Origin: Candidatus Babeliales bacterium
Lineage (GTDB): Bacteria > Babelota > Babeliae > Babelales > JANWKD01
NCBI GenBank assembly: GCA_963762115.1
Contig: CAVXJH010000006.1
Span: 288,001-352,000 of the forward strand
Length of the DNA stretch: 64,000 nt
Direction of reading: 5' to 3'
A program made the translations under genes and the position numbers. Each line of letters begins with the position of its first letter. Positions within the stretch are counted from its first letter, which is position 1. Positions 10,256 to 19,299 of this stretch are shown one piece after another. A model generated the notes under the pieces. It saw nothing but the letters and a program-made list of their open reading frames with translations, was not told where the DNA came from and searched no databases.

Positions 10256-11830
10256 TTATGCAGTATAAAATTGTGAGATTAATCCAAGAGGAATATGATG
10301 TGGTAAAACAAATCGCGCTTGTTCAGAAAGTTTTTGTGCATCAAGAACAACTAAAAAGGAGTTGTTTGCATTGCTATCAAAAATGACTGAAAGAATTACC
10401 CCATCATCTTCTTGTGTGCCTTGTGGGCGCGCTACAAAGACAGGAGCGCTTGCATAACATCCTTGCTCGGTCCAAATGCAATGTTCACCAGTTTTTGTGT
10501 TGATTTTAATAAGATGGTACGGGAATGCATCTTTTAGATGAGCTCCTAATCCATAAACAAAGGTATAGTCTTTCATGGCATAGGTCGTATTAATAGTAGG
10601 AAATTCTATGCTGTGTTCGGTTACTTGTTTTTGAGTGACGATTTTTTTGTTGAGATCAATTTCAAGTCGATGCACATACGATGAAGAAAACTCTTTTTGT
10701 TTATTGAAATTTCGTAATGCTTCTAGGGTTGTGCAAGCAATAATCGATGCATCTTCATGAACAATAAGATCAAGTTTGATAGTGTTAGTATCTTCAAAAG
10801 CATTTATGGTATTAAACATGAAGAGTGAATCAGTGTTGAATGTATCAACAAGTTCACCAGAATGTTTGTTGATTACGATGAGCTTTGTGCCTAATTTTGG
10901 TTTCCAAGTGACGCTTTCAACAAAAGCACCAGCTGCTAATACTAAATCAAATGGATTAACGACAAAAGGAATTTCAACTAATATGATATAGTTTTGAGTC
11001 ATGCCAAAACTGCGCATATAAGAAGGATTTTTTACCGGAATTGAGCTAATAAGCGTTCTTTTCTTTTCGCCATTTTTAATTTTATAAATATGATAGTTAC
11101 TGTTGCTAGCAAATTCAATCATATAATTGAACCATTCATGTGTTATGGGATCATATTGAAATTGTGCAGTAGTAAGGTGACCTTCTAGATTGTCATCAAA
11201 TTGTAGTAATTGAGTTGTTGCAAGAGTCTTAGGATCAAAGGCAACGTGCAAAGGTGTTTCAGTAAGCGCTATAAAAGTGTCATGTAATTTTGTTAATGAA
11301 ATAGTTCCGTTATCATAAGGATCATTATTGCTATTCATAGCACCGGCCAAACGGGAAAAAAAGCTCTTTGGTTTTTCTGTGCTCATATTACTATCGAATT
11401 TACCATTTTTTATGCTTCGTTTATAATAATCACTTTCTAAAAATTTATTATGATATTCAAGAGCTCCATTTTGAATATGAAATGCGTGAAGCATGGCAAA
11501 GCCATTGAACCAATACTTAACATTACTGGTACCAAGTTCAAATTGAGCAGGTCCAGTGCCAAGAAGATCGCCTTGTAGCCATGAAGGCAGTTTTCCTTTG
11601 CATGCTAAAGCAATTTTTGGACATTCTTGTGTTAAAGAAGTGAAACCAGCTCTTTTATTCCCAATAAATGATGTTGGCAACTCTTGTTTTTGAGTAGAAT
11701 GATTTTCAGTTTCTTGTAGTGCTGAAAGAGAATCAGAAGGATTTTGTACGAATGAGAAATAGCAACTCACGCATGATAAAAGAACAAAGAATATGAATAT
11801 GATTGTTGTGCGTTGTTGTGATGAAACCAT
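10256..11830 (-). CDS. Carotenoid oxygenase/RPE65-family homologue with N-terminal membrane anchor; iron-binding His ligands absent
   Basis: GKLPSWLQG, WFNGFAMLHAF, IALTET, IEFPTIN, PVFVARPQGTQEDDGVILS, FLVVLDA, HIPLGL. Confidence 0.88.
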   Translation of the reverse strand: MVSSQQRTTIIFIFFVLLSCVSCYFSFVQNPSDSLSALQETENHSTQKQELPTSFIGNKRAGFTSLTQECPKIALACKGKLPSWLQGDLLGTGPAQFELGTSNVKYWFNGFAMLHAFHIQNGALEYHNKFLESDYYKRSIKNGKFDSNMSTEKPKSFFSRLAGAMNSNNDPYDNGTISLTKLHDTFIALTETPLHVAFDPKTLATTQLLQFDDNLEGHLTTAQFQYDPITHEWFNYMIEFASNSNYHIYKIKNGEKKRTLISSIPVKNPSYMRSFGMTQNYIILVEIPFVVNPFDLVLAAGAFVESVTWKPKLGTKLIVINKHSGELVDTFNTDSLFMFNTINAFEDTNTIKLDLIVHEDASIIACTTLEALRNFNKQKEFSSSYVHRLEIDLNKKIVTQKQVTEHSIEFPTINTTYAMKDYTFVYGLGAHLKDAFPYHLIKINTKTGEHCIWTEQGCYASAPVFVARPQGTQEDDGVILSVIFDSNANNSFLVVLDAQKLSEQARFVLPHHIPLGLISQFYTA

Positions 11831-11918
11831 TATAACCCCTAAAATACCTAAATTACATTTTGCATAGTTTATAAAAAATTATTTTTCATTATACTCTTTT
11901 TTCGTGAGAAATCGACTC

Positions 11919-13049
11919 TTATTTTCTGATGTATATATTGCCTGAACTTGTTTTAAAAGTTTTTAAAGGGCCATCTTTACCGATTGTACCTTTAATATTT
12001 TTCTTTTCTTCTTTTCCTGTAACAGGAACATCTGATTTACATTGACCAAAAGTTGTTGAAGCTTCTATCGTTGCATCGGGATAATCACCTAAAGTATAAA
12101 TATTATTACCAAAGCTTGTTTCTGCTGTAACTTCTTCTTTTATTGACGCTAGTTTATTATTGCCAGAGGAATTTTCTACTGTTGCACTACCTTGGATATG
12201 AGATATATCGTTTTCGCCAAATGAGGTTTTTGATGAAACATCACCGTCAACATTGATAATTCTGTTATCACCTGAAGAAGTTTCTACAGTTGCATTGCCT
12301 TCGATATTTTCAATATGATTTTTTCCAAATGATGTTTTGGCATTAACATTGCCTTTAATATGTGAAATACTATTTTTACCAGAAGAATTAGTTGCTGATA
12401 CATTACCTTTTATTCTTTCTAAGGTGTTTGTTCCAAAAGAATTATTTATAGTCGTATCACCGTTTATACCTTTTAAGGTAATGTTTCCTGAGCTTGTTTT
12501 TGTTTTTTCAATAGTATCATCAATATTTTCTGCAGTGATTGAGCCATGTTGCGCAAGAAGTAATTTAATGAATGTTTTTTTAGGAACTTTAAGAGTATAA
12601 CTTCTACTTGCTTTGCAGTCTTTCGTTTTATAGACAGTTTTTATAAAAGCATTTTTTTCATCTATATTTAATTCTGAAGAAACACATTCAAGGTTGCCAT
12701 CATTACTTTCAGTTTCAATTAAAAGTTCTAATAATTCTTTGTCATGACCTTCAATAGTAATGTTATTAGGTTTGGCAGAACAATCATCCTGCTCTACATC
12801 ATTAATAATAACACGACCATTAATAATGTCGCCAAAAAAACTACCAGAACTATTGTTGTTGTTATTATTTTCATTTTCAACATGTAACGTGCCACCTGAT
12901 GCAAAAACGAATTCTCTTATTTCTTCTTTATGAACATGTTTTTTTTCTGTTTTTTGAGCGCTGTCAAAAGGCCATATGCACATTGAATTTTGTGTGCATA
13001 AAATAATAAGAACAAGTGAAATAAGTATTGTAGGTGATTTTTTAATCAT
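11919..13049 (-). CDS. Secreted DUF4097/adhesin-like beta-strand repeat protein
   Basis: Signal peptide; about 9 imperfect 18-aa repeats of type IxGxVxAxTSFG/NSSG. Confidence 0.8.
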   Translation of the reverse strand: MIKKSPTILISLVLIILCTQNSMCIWPFDSAQKTEKKHVHKEEIREFVFASGGTLHVENENNNNNNSSGSFFGDIINGRVIINDVEQDDCSAKPNNITIEGHDKELLELLIETESNDGNLECVSSELNIDEKNAFIKTVYKTKDCKASRSYTLKVPKKTFIKLLLAQHGSITAENIDDTIEKTKTSSGNITLKGINGDTTINNSFGTNTLERIKGNVSATNSSGKNSISHIKGNVNAKTSFGKNHIENIEGNATVETSSGDNRIINVDGDVSSKTSFGENDISHIQGSATVENSSGNNKLASIKEEVTAETSFGNNIYTLGDYPDATIEASTTFGQCKSDVPVTGKEEKKNIKGTIGKDGPLKTFKTSSGNIYIRK

Positions 13050-13280
13050 GATTTACACTTTCAGCGTTTTAAATAACAATCCATTAATCTAATCTAATCA
13101 TATAGCCGCTTCCTTGTCAATCGCTTGATCAAATCATCGAATCAAAGAAATTAAAATTAGCGCTTTCTGGAAATATTTTCAAATATGCAATGTTGTTAAA
13201 ATATACTATTATCTTTAAATTTTTGCTTGTGCTACTCTATAAAAACTATGGTTTTTGCAAAATAATAAGGTCAAATTATC

Positions 13281-13793
13281 ATGAAAAATAATCTCTATTG
13301 GAAATTGGTGCCAACCGAGCTTGGCGACTGTATTGTGGTTGCCACAGAAAAAGATGTTTGCTTTGTTGGAACGCCGGGAAGAACCTTGCAAGAAGCAGTT
13401 TGTTGGGCAAAGAAACATGTTGCAATAGATGCTTTAGTTAATGAAGAAAATGAGGTTTTGCGTGCCGTTGCGCAGCAATTGCAAGAATATGTACAAGGTG
13501 CAAGAAAAGAGTTTGATTATCATTTTGAGTTGCATGGCACGAATTTTCAGAAATCTGTTTGGCAGGCATTGCAAGATATTCCTCATGGCACAACAACAAC
13601 GTATGGAGTTATCGCAAAAAAAATTGGCAATCCAAAAGCTTCACGTGCTGTTGGCATGGCAATAGGTGCGAATCCACTTTCAATATTGATTCCTTGTCAC
13701 CGAGTAATTGGAGCGAATAATAGTTTGACTGGTTATCGCGGTGGACTTGAGATGAAGAAGAAATTGCTTGTTTTAGAAAATAATTTTTTATAA
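13281..13793 (+). CDS. ogt: Methylated-DNA-protein-cysteine methyltransferase
   Basis: GTNFQKSVW, IPHGTTTTYG, ASRAVG, active-site IPCHRVIG, LTGYRGGLEMK. Confidence 0.95.
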   Translation: MKNNLYWKLVPTELGDCIVVATEKDVCFVGTPGRTLQEAVCWAKKHVAIDALVNEENEVLRAVAQQLQEYVQGARKEFDYHFELHGTNFQKSVWQALQDIPHGTTTTYGVIAKKIGNPKASRAVGMAIGANPLSILIPCHRVIGANNSLTGYRGGLEMKKKLLVLENNFL

Positions 13794-13840
13794 ATTCTAA
13801 TTTTGTTTCTAATTTTTAGTTTATGAATTATTAATTATAA

Positions 13841-13915
13841 TTCGACCCTATGCGGGCAGCACCAATGTATTGCGTGCTCAATACATTGGATACAAGAGCA
13901 CCAACATTCTGTTGG
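13841..13915 (+). repeat. Structured repeat, copy A (inverted relative to copy B near 17.0-17.08 kb)
   Basis: About 60 nt similar to the reverse complement of 17024-17084; internal stem CCAATGTATTG/CAATACATTGG. Confidence 0.75.
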
Positions 13916-13939
13916 ATTGTAATCTTCCGTGCGTATATG

Positions 13940-15328
13940 CTACTCTTTACCCACATTTAGTTCTTTAAATAAAAGATAAGCTTGTGTAATGGCTTCTAGC
14001 CGAAATAATCCCTGCCACAAAACTTTTGCACCAGGATCTTTATCGTTTTTCCTGCCAAGAAAACCTCCTAATTTTGCTATCATTTGAGTTGCTTCTTTAA
14101 CAGAAAAAGATTTGGGGGGCAATGTAAGAGTTTTATGATGCGTGCAATATAACGCATCAGCTTCATCGGTTGTAAGAATTAAATTACATGGGGCATCAGG
14201 TTTAATTCTTGCAAGATAAGTGATATAAATTAAACGCCAGGCAGCAATTGAGTAAACAGCCAAGGTTCTTTTTAGGTTATCAACCGATTCCATTTGAAAT
14301 TTTTCTATGCGACAACCTTCTTTTAAAATATAATGATAGCGTTCAATGAGCCAACGTTTTGAGTAAAGGGCAATAAGCTTTTCAGCTTCTTCCAATGATT
14401 GAACTTTAATCGTAGTAATAAGTCGCCATACTATTGGATCATTTACTGAGTTGTCATATTCTATTTCTTGCACATAAATCGCTGTTAAATGTATGGTTGG
14501 TAATTTTTCATTTTTTCGATTTAAAGGAGAACAAATTTCGACTTCTTTGACTCTAATCGCTAACTTTGCAGTTCTCTTAGAATGAGTTTTTGTACGTTCT
14601 AATTCTTTCGTTATAACGCCTAATACTGATTGTTTTTCCAGCAATTCAAAGAGACGCTCTTCTTCGTTCTGTATATTTCTATTTTGTACAAGATGAATGA
14701 GCAAATCACTGTTTAACCGTCTTTTTGCGATCAATAAATCATAAATATCGGCACCACCATCACCTATAAATAAATAGCTTTTATTAATAGGAAGCTTTTT
14801 TTCTATTTGATAAATTGATTCAATCCAATTATAAGATTCTTTTTCCTTTGTGGGCAACCTTAGCTTATGTTTTTTTTTGCCAAAATCTTCTTTATTACGT
14901 ATCCAATACTTTTGATTTATTAGCCCTAATGGAATAAAATTTTCACTAAATACATACGTATTTTGAACTTTTATTCCAAGTGAATTTTTTGTATTAGAAA
15001 GAGTTCCTAACCCTGAAGTTTTTTTAAGATTTTTAAAAGATGCATCCATGCCATCGCTAACAATAATGACTTTGCCTTCAACACTTTCAGCTCTTTCTGC
15101 GGTCGCTTGATAATGTCCTGCGAGAATATCCTGTTCATCAATTTCTGTTGTGGCAAGAAAACGATAAGCACCTTTTGCTTGTGCATTTTCTCCGTTGCAA
15201 GCTTGTAAAATGCTTGCTGATGGGCTATCGGCAACGGCCTCTAGAAGTATTCTAACTCTTTCATTTCTGCGTTTATCTTTTAATGACATACGATTAGTCT
15301 CATTTGCTGCCCACAATTCTTTAATCAT
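13940..15328 (-). CDS. IS4-family transposase (Tn5/IS50-like)
   Basis: DKRRNER, KGAYRFL, KESYNW, IGDGGADIY, YSKRWLIERYHYILKEGC (YREK motif), IAKLGGFLGRKNDKDPG; the stop codon lies in the terminal IR. Confidence 0.95.
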   Translation of the reverse strand: MIKELWAANETNRMSLKDKRRNERVRILLEAVADSPSASILQACNGENAQAKGAYRFLATTEIDEQDILAGHYQATAERAESVEGKVIIVSDGMDASFKNLKKTSGLGTLSNTKNSLGIKVQNTYVFSENFIPLGLINQKYWIRNKEDFGKKKHKLRLPTKEKESYNWIESIYQIEKKLPINKSYLFIGDGGADIYDLLIAKRRLNSDLLIHLVQNRNIQNEEERLFELLEKQSVLGVITKELERTKTHSKRTAKLAIRVKEVEICSPLNRKNEKLPTIHLTAIYVQEIEYDNSVNDPIVWRLITTIKVQSLEEAEKLIALYSKRWLIERYHYILKEGCRIEKFQMESVDNLKRTLAVYSIAAWRLIYITYLARIKPDAPCNLILTTDEADALYCTHHKTLTLPPKSFSVKEATQMIAKLGGFLGRKNDKDPGAKVLWQGLFRLEAITQAYLLFKELNVGKE

Positions 15329-15401
15329 TTTTTACTTTTCTTTTTTTGATATATTAACTCTGTATCTCGTTAATTATAGTAAAAATGTGGGTAAAGAGTA
15401 G
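13940..15401 (-). mobile_element. Complete IS4-family (IS50/Tn5-like) insertion sequence
   Basis: Perfect 19-bp terminal inverted repeats CTACTCTTTACCCACATTT (13940-13958 and 15383-15401); direct repeat CGTATATG at 13932-13939 and 15402-15409 (10 bp GCGTATATGC if the ends are drawn 1 nt inward). Confidence 0.93.
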
Positions 15402-15569
15402 CGTATATGCACCACACATCATGATGCTCCGCATCATTCTTTCGGGTGCACGACGCACTACCGGACTAACATATATTTATAAATTGTCATTCTGAGCCCT
15501 GCATAGCTGTTTACTCCGCCATAGTGATTGTGTTAAAAGTCAAATATTTTTTAATAAAGCTAAACAATA

Positions 15570-16511
15570 TTAAGCTTTACATAATTCACCTTTTTTTAGT
15601 AAAGAATTAGCAATCACAATAAGTTTATGCATAATAGCTACGATAGCTATTTTAAAAGGTTTTTTAGAAGTTATTAAACGATCGTAAAGTTCCTTTAATG
15701 GGAGATGATATTTAATAGTTGTTAATGCATACATATAAAGCATATTTCTTGGAATAGTTCTTCCACCTCTGATGAATTTTTTACCCTTATAACTTCCACT
15801 TTCATTCTCATAAGGACAAACACCAATGAGTGCTGATACTTTTTTATTACTTATTTGACCAAGTTCAGGAACGAATGATAATAATGTTGCAGCTGAAGTT
15901 TTGCCTATTCCTGGAATTGACTCCAAAATTTTTGATTTTGTATTTAATTTTTCATCTTGCTGAATTAAATCTTGTATCTTTAAATCAATTGATTTGATTT
16001 CGCACTCTAAGATTTTGATAAATTTCTTTATACTTGATGCATATAATGCATGAGATGGATGTTTAGATCTTGTTTTTTCGGCAACTAAAAATTTTACCAA
16101 GTCATTTTTACGATTGACCAAAGCTTGTAATTTTTCTTGATTTTCGCTTTTGTTCATTATCTCATAATCAGGAGAATTTTTAGAAGCAAATTCAGCAATT
16201 TTTCGAGCATCAATTTTATCCGTTTTGCTTTTGCAGCCACTAGCAACAATATAGCCTTTTATTCTTCTTGGATCGATGATCCAAAGATAATAACAATTTT
16301 TTTTTAATATTCGAGCAAGTAATTTTTCATACCCACCAGTTGCTTCGCATGCAATTTGTTCGATATCATATTTAACTAATTCTTTAATGATCTCCGTTAT
16401 TCCAACTTCTGAGTTTGATACTTTTAAAGATTTTCCTATTGGATGGATATAAACATCTAAAGTGTTTTTTGAAATATCGACACCTATAAATACTTTTGAT
16501 ATATTTTTCAT
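15570..16511 (-). CDS. IS110-family DEDD transposase/recombinase
   Basis: FIGVDISK, CEATGGYE, KTDKIDA (DEDD); SIPGIG; catalytic Ser loop ESGSYKG; IRGGR; AIMHKL. Confidence 0.96.
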   Translation of the reverse strand: MKNISKVFIGVDISKNTLDVYIHPIGKSLKVSNSEVGITEIIKELVKYDIEQIACEATGGYEKLLARILKKNCYYLWIIDPRRIKGYIVASGCKSKTDKIDARKIAEFASKNSPDYEIMNKSENQEKLQALVNRKNDLVKFLVAEKTRSKHPSHALYASSIKKFIKILECEIKSIDLKIQDLIQQDEKLNTKSKILESIPGIGKTSAATLLSFVPELGQISNKKVSALIGVCPYENESGSYKGKKFIRGGRTIPRNMLYMYALTTIKYHLPLKELYDRLITSKKPFKIAIVAIMHKLIVIANSLLKKGELCKA

Positions 16512-16515
16512 AAAT

Positions 16516-16660
16516 ACCTCTGGCTTGTAGACATGCGAGATCGTATGTACTTGATACGTCTCTAGTGATTGTTCGAGGTCATTTTTGTATAAGCTGATAG
16601 TCTCAAACTATGACACGGTCCTTTGAGACCAAGCTTGACACGAGATCTATCAGCTTCTCA
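16516..16660 (-). ncRNA. Putative bridge RNA core (target-binding and donor-binding loops); the true 5' end probably lies further upstream, toward about 16715
   Basis: Two stem/internal-loop/stem units (AAGCTGATAG...CTATCAGCTT and ACCTC...GAGGT). Their loops match the flanking target and the end-end junction. Confidence 0.82.
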
Positions 16661-17001
16661 AACAATTAATTTCAAAACAACTGATCATAAATTAACAAAA
16701 TTTAGCTTTAAAATCATTTTGATTTAACATACAAGCTTGCCAAGCCGGTAGGCATGGATAAGCGAAGGCTGGATTAGCGAAGCATGGGCGTAGGAATCCA
16801 GTTTATTTATAATTTTATCGAAATTATTTTATAGACTGGATCCTTACGCCATCGGCTCAGGATGACAGTTGTGATACTACGAAGTAGATTATATTAATCG
16901 CAAGTCATCGGATAAAATCAAAAATTTCCCCATTAGCAAAACTGGTGGAGGACTTTGAGCATGTAATGATCAAGTCCGACTTTTTTGCGTTAAGAGAGAT
17001 T

Positions 17002-17084
17002 ACTAAGAGATTCCTCTCTTAGTTGCCCTTGTATTGAATATATTGGGCACGCAATATATTCATGCTTGCCCGCATAGGGCCGAA
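17002..17084 (-). repeat. Structured repeat, copy B
   Basis: Reverse complement TTCGGCCCTATGCGGGCAAGCATGAATATATTGCGTGCCCAATATATTCAATACAAGGGCA aligns with 13841-13900. Confidence 0.75.
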
Positions 17085-17156
17085 GAATATTAAAAAATAA
17101 AAAGACTGAAACAAGGCAAAATAACTTAGCAACAAAAATTTAATTAAAAATGAAGA

Positions 17157-17516
17157 CTATAACTCAGTATATTTTGTTGATTTTCCCTTTGATTTTTCAA
17201 CAGAATATTTTTCAGCATTTAATGCCATTTTCTGTTCAATTGCTGTTGAGAGATCAATATTGTTTTCTGCGCAAAACATCAACACAAACACGGCGATATC
17301 CGCTACTTCATGTTCAATTTCTTGACGCTTTTTTTCTAGAACTTCAAATGATTGTGCTGCATCGGACCATAAAAAATGTTCCATAAGTTCTGCTGCTTCA
17401 ATAGCGATACCCATACTCATATTTTTGGGTGAATGGAATTGATTCCAATCTCGTTCATCTACAAATTTTTTAAGCTGTATTTTTAATGTTTCGAGAGTTG
17501 TTGTGTTATCTTGCAT
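17157..17516 (-). CDS. MazG-like nucleotide pyrophosphohydrolase (DCTPP1/dCTPase-like)
   Basis: FVDERDWNQFHSPKN, EAAELMEHFLW, HEVADI, KMALNAEKYSVEKSKG. Confidence 0.92.
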   Translation of the reverse strand: MQDNTTTLETLKIQLKKFVDERDWNQFHSPKNMSMGIAIEAAELMEHFLWSDAAQSFEVLEKKRQEIEHEVADIAVFVLMFCAENNIDLSTAIEQKMALNAEKYSVEKSKGKSTKYTEL

Positions 17517-17653
17517 GGCAAAGTCCAATTGTTATAATAGTTTTTTATTGTTAGTATAACACTTTTTTTTGAATATTTTACTTGTTTTTCTATTTTTGCA
17601 TTTGTTATTTTTTTAAAAATTATTGAAGGTAAGTAAAGGTAAGGGATTAAAAT

Positions 17654-18946
17654 ATGCAAACAAAAGTAAGTATTTATTATTTTTTTATTACGTTGTTTTT
17701 ATTTCCATCATTGGATGCCTATAACGCTGGAGCATTTCCCTATGCAGTGCATAAGGGTGAGATTTGGTTTTTATTAGGTGAAGATCCTCATCGGAAAAAT
17801 AATTGGACAGATTTTGGTGGTAAATCTGATCGTGCTGATAAGGATGATACGCGCTTTACAGCGGCACGTGAATTTGCAGAAGAGACTAATAATGTTTTTG
17901 GTCATACTCAAACAATGTATAAAAAATTGAGAGAAGAAGCTGGCTTTGGGTATAGAAATAAATATCGTATGTATTTAGTGCCAGTCGATTATAAGGATAT
18001 ACCAACTATTAAACGAGCGCAAAAGAATGATTTTGAAAAATCAGATTTTATATGGGTGCCTGCAGAAATTTTATTGGATACTGTGCAAAGGTCTCAAAAT
18101 GATCAAAATGTGTTTGTGAATTATGGTGGTAAAAATATACAAATTTTTCACCGGTTTGCTTGGATTTTAAGAGAATTTGATGAGGAAATTAGAAAGCAGA
18201 TTGGTTTGAGAGTTCATACGCCAGCAAAGAAACATCAAGTTATATCTTCTCAGGGTAAAAAAGCAACCGCAACATCTAGGGGGCAAAGCTATGAAGTTGA
18301 TTCTGTTTCCGTATTACCATTTGCATTTCATCAAGAGAAAATTTTTCTTTTATTGGGAAGTGAAGTTAGGGGTGCAAATTATAATCTTATGTATTCTGGT
18401 TTTGGTACGTTAGTTGATGATAATGCCTTTATTGAAGGAGTTTTTGATCCATTGATAACAGCAGGTTATGGCTTTCAGCGAACAGTGAGGGATGCTTTTG
18501 GGTCCGATAGCGCAGGGTATATTAGAATGGCTATTAAAAAAACAGGTAAAATTTCATATTATGATGGACTATTAAAGCATCTTATGTGTCTTGCAGAAAT
18601 TGAATATACCTTTATAGACTCAGCTAATAATCCTTGTCGATGGTTTGGCGCAGAAGATTTTTTAAGATGGATTAGACGCACTTCGTTTGATATTAATAAT
18701 TTTGATGATCCTGTCATGTATAATACCTTTGAAATATATCAACCTTTTGCAGCTGTTCTTAAAGAAGCTGCTGATGATGTGGAAAGAAGAATAAATGAGA
18801 CAAAAAATAAGCATTTAGCTGAGCAACAGCCAGCGCGAGCAAGAACAACGATACAGCCAAAACCTTTACAAGATGCATCATTGCAAAAAAGTTTGATGGA
18901 ATTGAATATGAAGCTAAATCAGTTGCAAAATGCTTTAAGATCGTGA
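17654..18946 (+). CDS. Secreted Nudix-fold protein with one intact and one degenerate Nudix domain
   Basis: Signal peptide; AGAFPY...FLLG...WTDFGG...TAAREFAEET; second repeat VSVLPF...FLLLG...YSGFG lacks the Glu residues; C-terminal leucine motif. Confidence 0.75.
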   Translation: MQTKVSIYYFFITLFLFPSLDAYNAGAFPYAVHKGEIWFLLGEDPHRKNNWTDFGGKSDRADKDDTRFTAAREFAEETNNVFGHTQTMYKKLREEAGFGYRNKYRMYLVPVDYKDIPTIKRAQKNDFEKSDFIWVPAEILLDTVQRSQNDQNVFVNYGGKNIQIFHRFAWILREFDEEIRKQIGLRVHTPAKKHQVISSQGKKATATSRGQSYEVDSVSVLPFAFHQEKIFLLLGSEVRGANYNLMYSGFGTLVDDNAFIEGVFDPLITAGYGFQRTVRDAFGSDSAGYIRMAIKKTGKISYYDGLLKHLMCLAEIEYTFIDSANNPCRWFGAEDFLRWIRRTSFDINNFDDPVMYNTFEIYQPFAAVLKEAADDVERRINETKNKHLAEQQPARARTTIQPKPLQDASLQKSLMELNMKLNQLQNALRS

Positions 18947-19154
18947 GTATAAAATTATTTTTGGATAATTTCAGTCATTTAAAAAAAACTGGCTTCTACT
19001 TCGCTCTTTGAGCTACGAAGAACAGGCTGCCATGCGCCCTACTACGCCAAGGCTTCGAAGGGCATACTTCGCATTCTTTCTAATACTATCAATTATTATA
19101 TTAAATCAAATCCTTAAAAAGGCTGGCTTGCCATACGAAGCTTTATGCGAAGTA

Positions 19155-19246
19155 TGGAGGAGAGAGTGAGATTCGAACTCACGATCCCGATTTCTCGGGA
19201 TAACGGTTTTCAAGACCGTCGCAATCGACCACTCTGCCATCTCTCC
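19155..19246 (-). tRNA. tRNA-Ser(TGA)
   Basis: GGAGAGA/TCTCTCC acceptor stem, anticodon loop CTTGAAA, long variable arm, GTTCGAAT, encoded CCA. Confidence 0.95.
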
Positions 19247-19299
19247 AATACGAATGCTATTTTATTCTAAAGAAAAAAAACCAAAAAATCAAAAAATTG

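Larger units (their letters stand above)
15523..16735 (-). mobile_element. IS110-family element, complete (IS110 group, long upstream non-coding end)
   Basis: Core dinucleotide CT (minus strand) at both ends, 15523-15524 and 16734-16735; the boundaries are predicted independently by the bridge-RNA guide segments. Confidence 0.88.
15485..16867. repeat. REP/RPE-like nested palindromic element interrupted by IS110
   Basis: Inverted ends TGTCATTCTGAGCC (15485-15498) and GGCTCAGGATGACA (16854-16867); inner arms GGCGTAGGAATCCAG / CTGGATCCTTACGCC; segment 16733-16772 resembles the reverse complement of 20693-20732. Confidence 0.75.

Noticed and set aside
15195..15401. 68-aa ORF ending NVGKE like the transposase
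   Set aside because: The shared ending is just the translated inverted repeat; it is a shadow ORF.
15505..15508. AGCT repeated at 15505-15508 and 16734-16737 as the IS110 boundary
   Set aside because: The donor guide matches 15523-15531 exactly and the junction promoter spacing is 17 bp only with that end. The earlier AGCT belongs to the host repeat.
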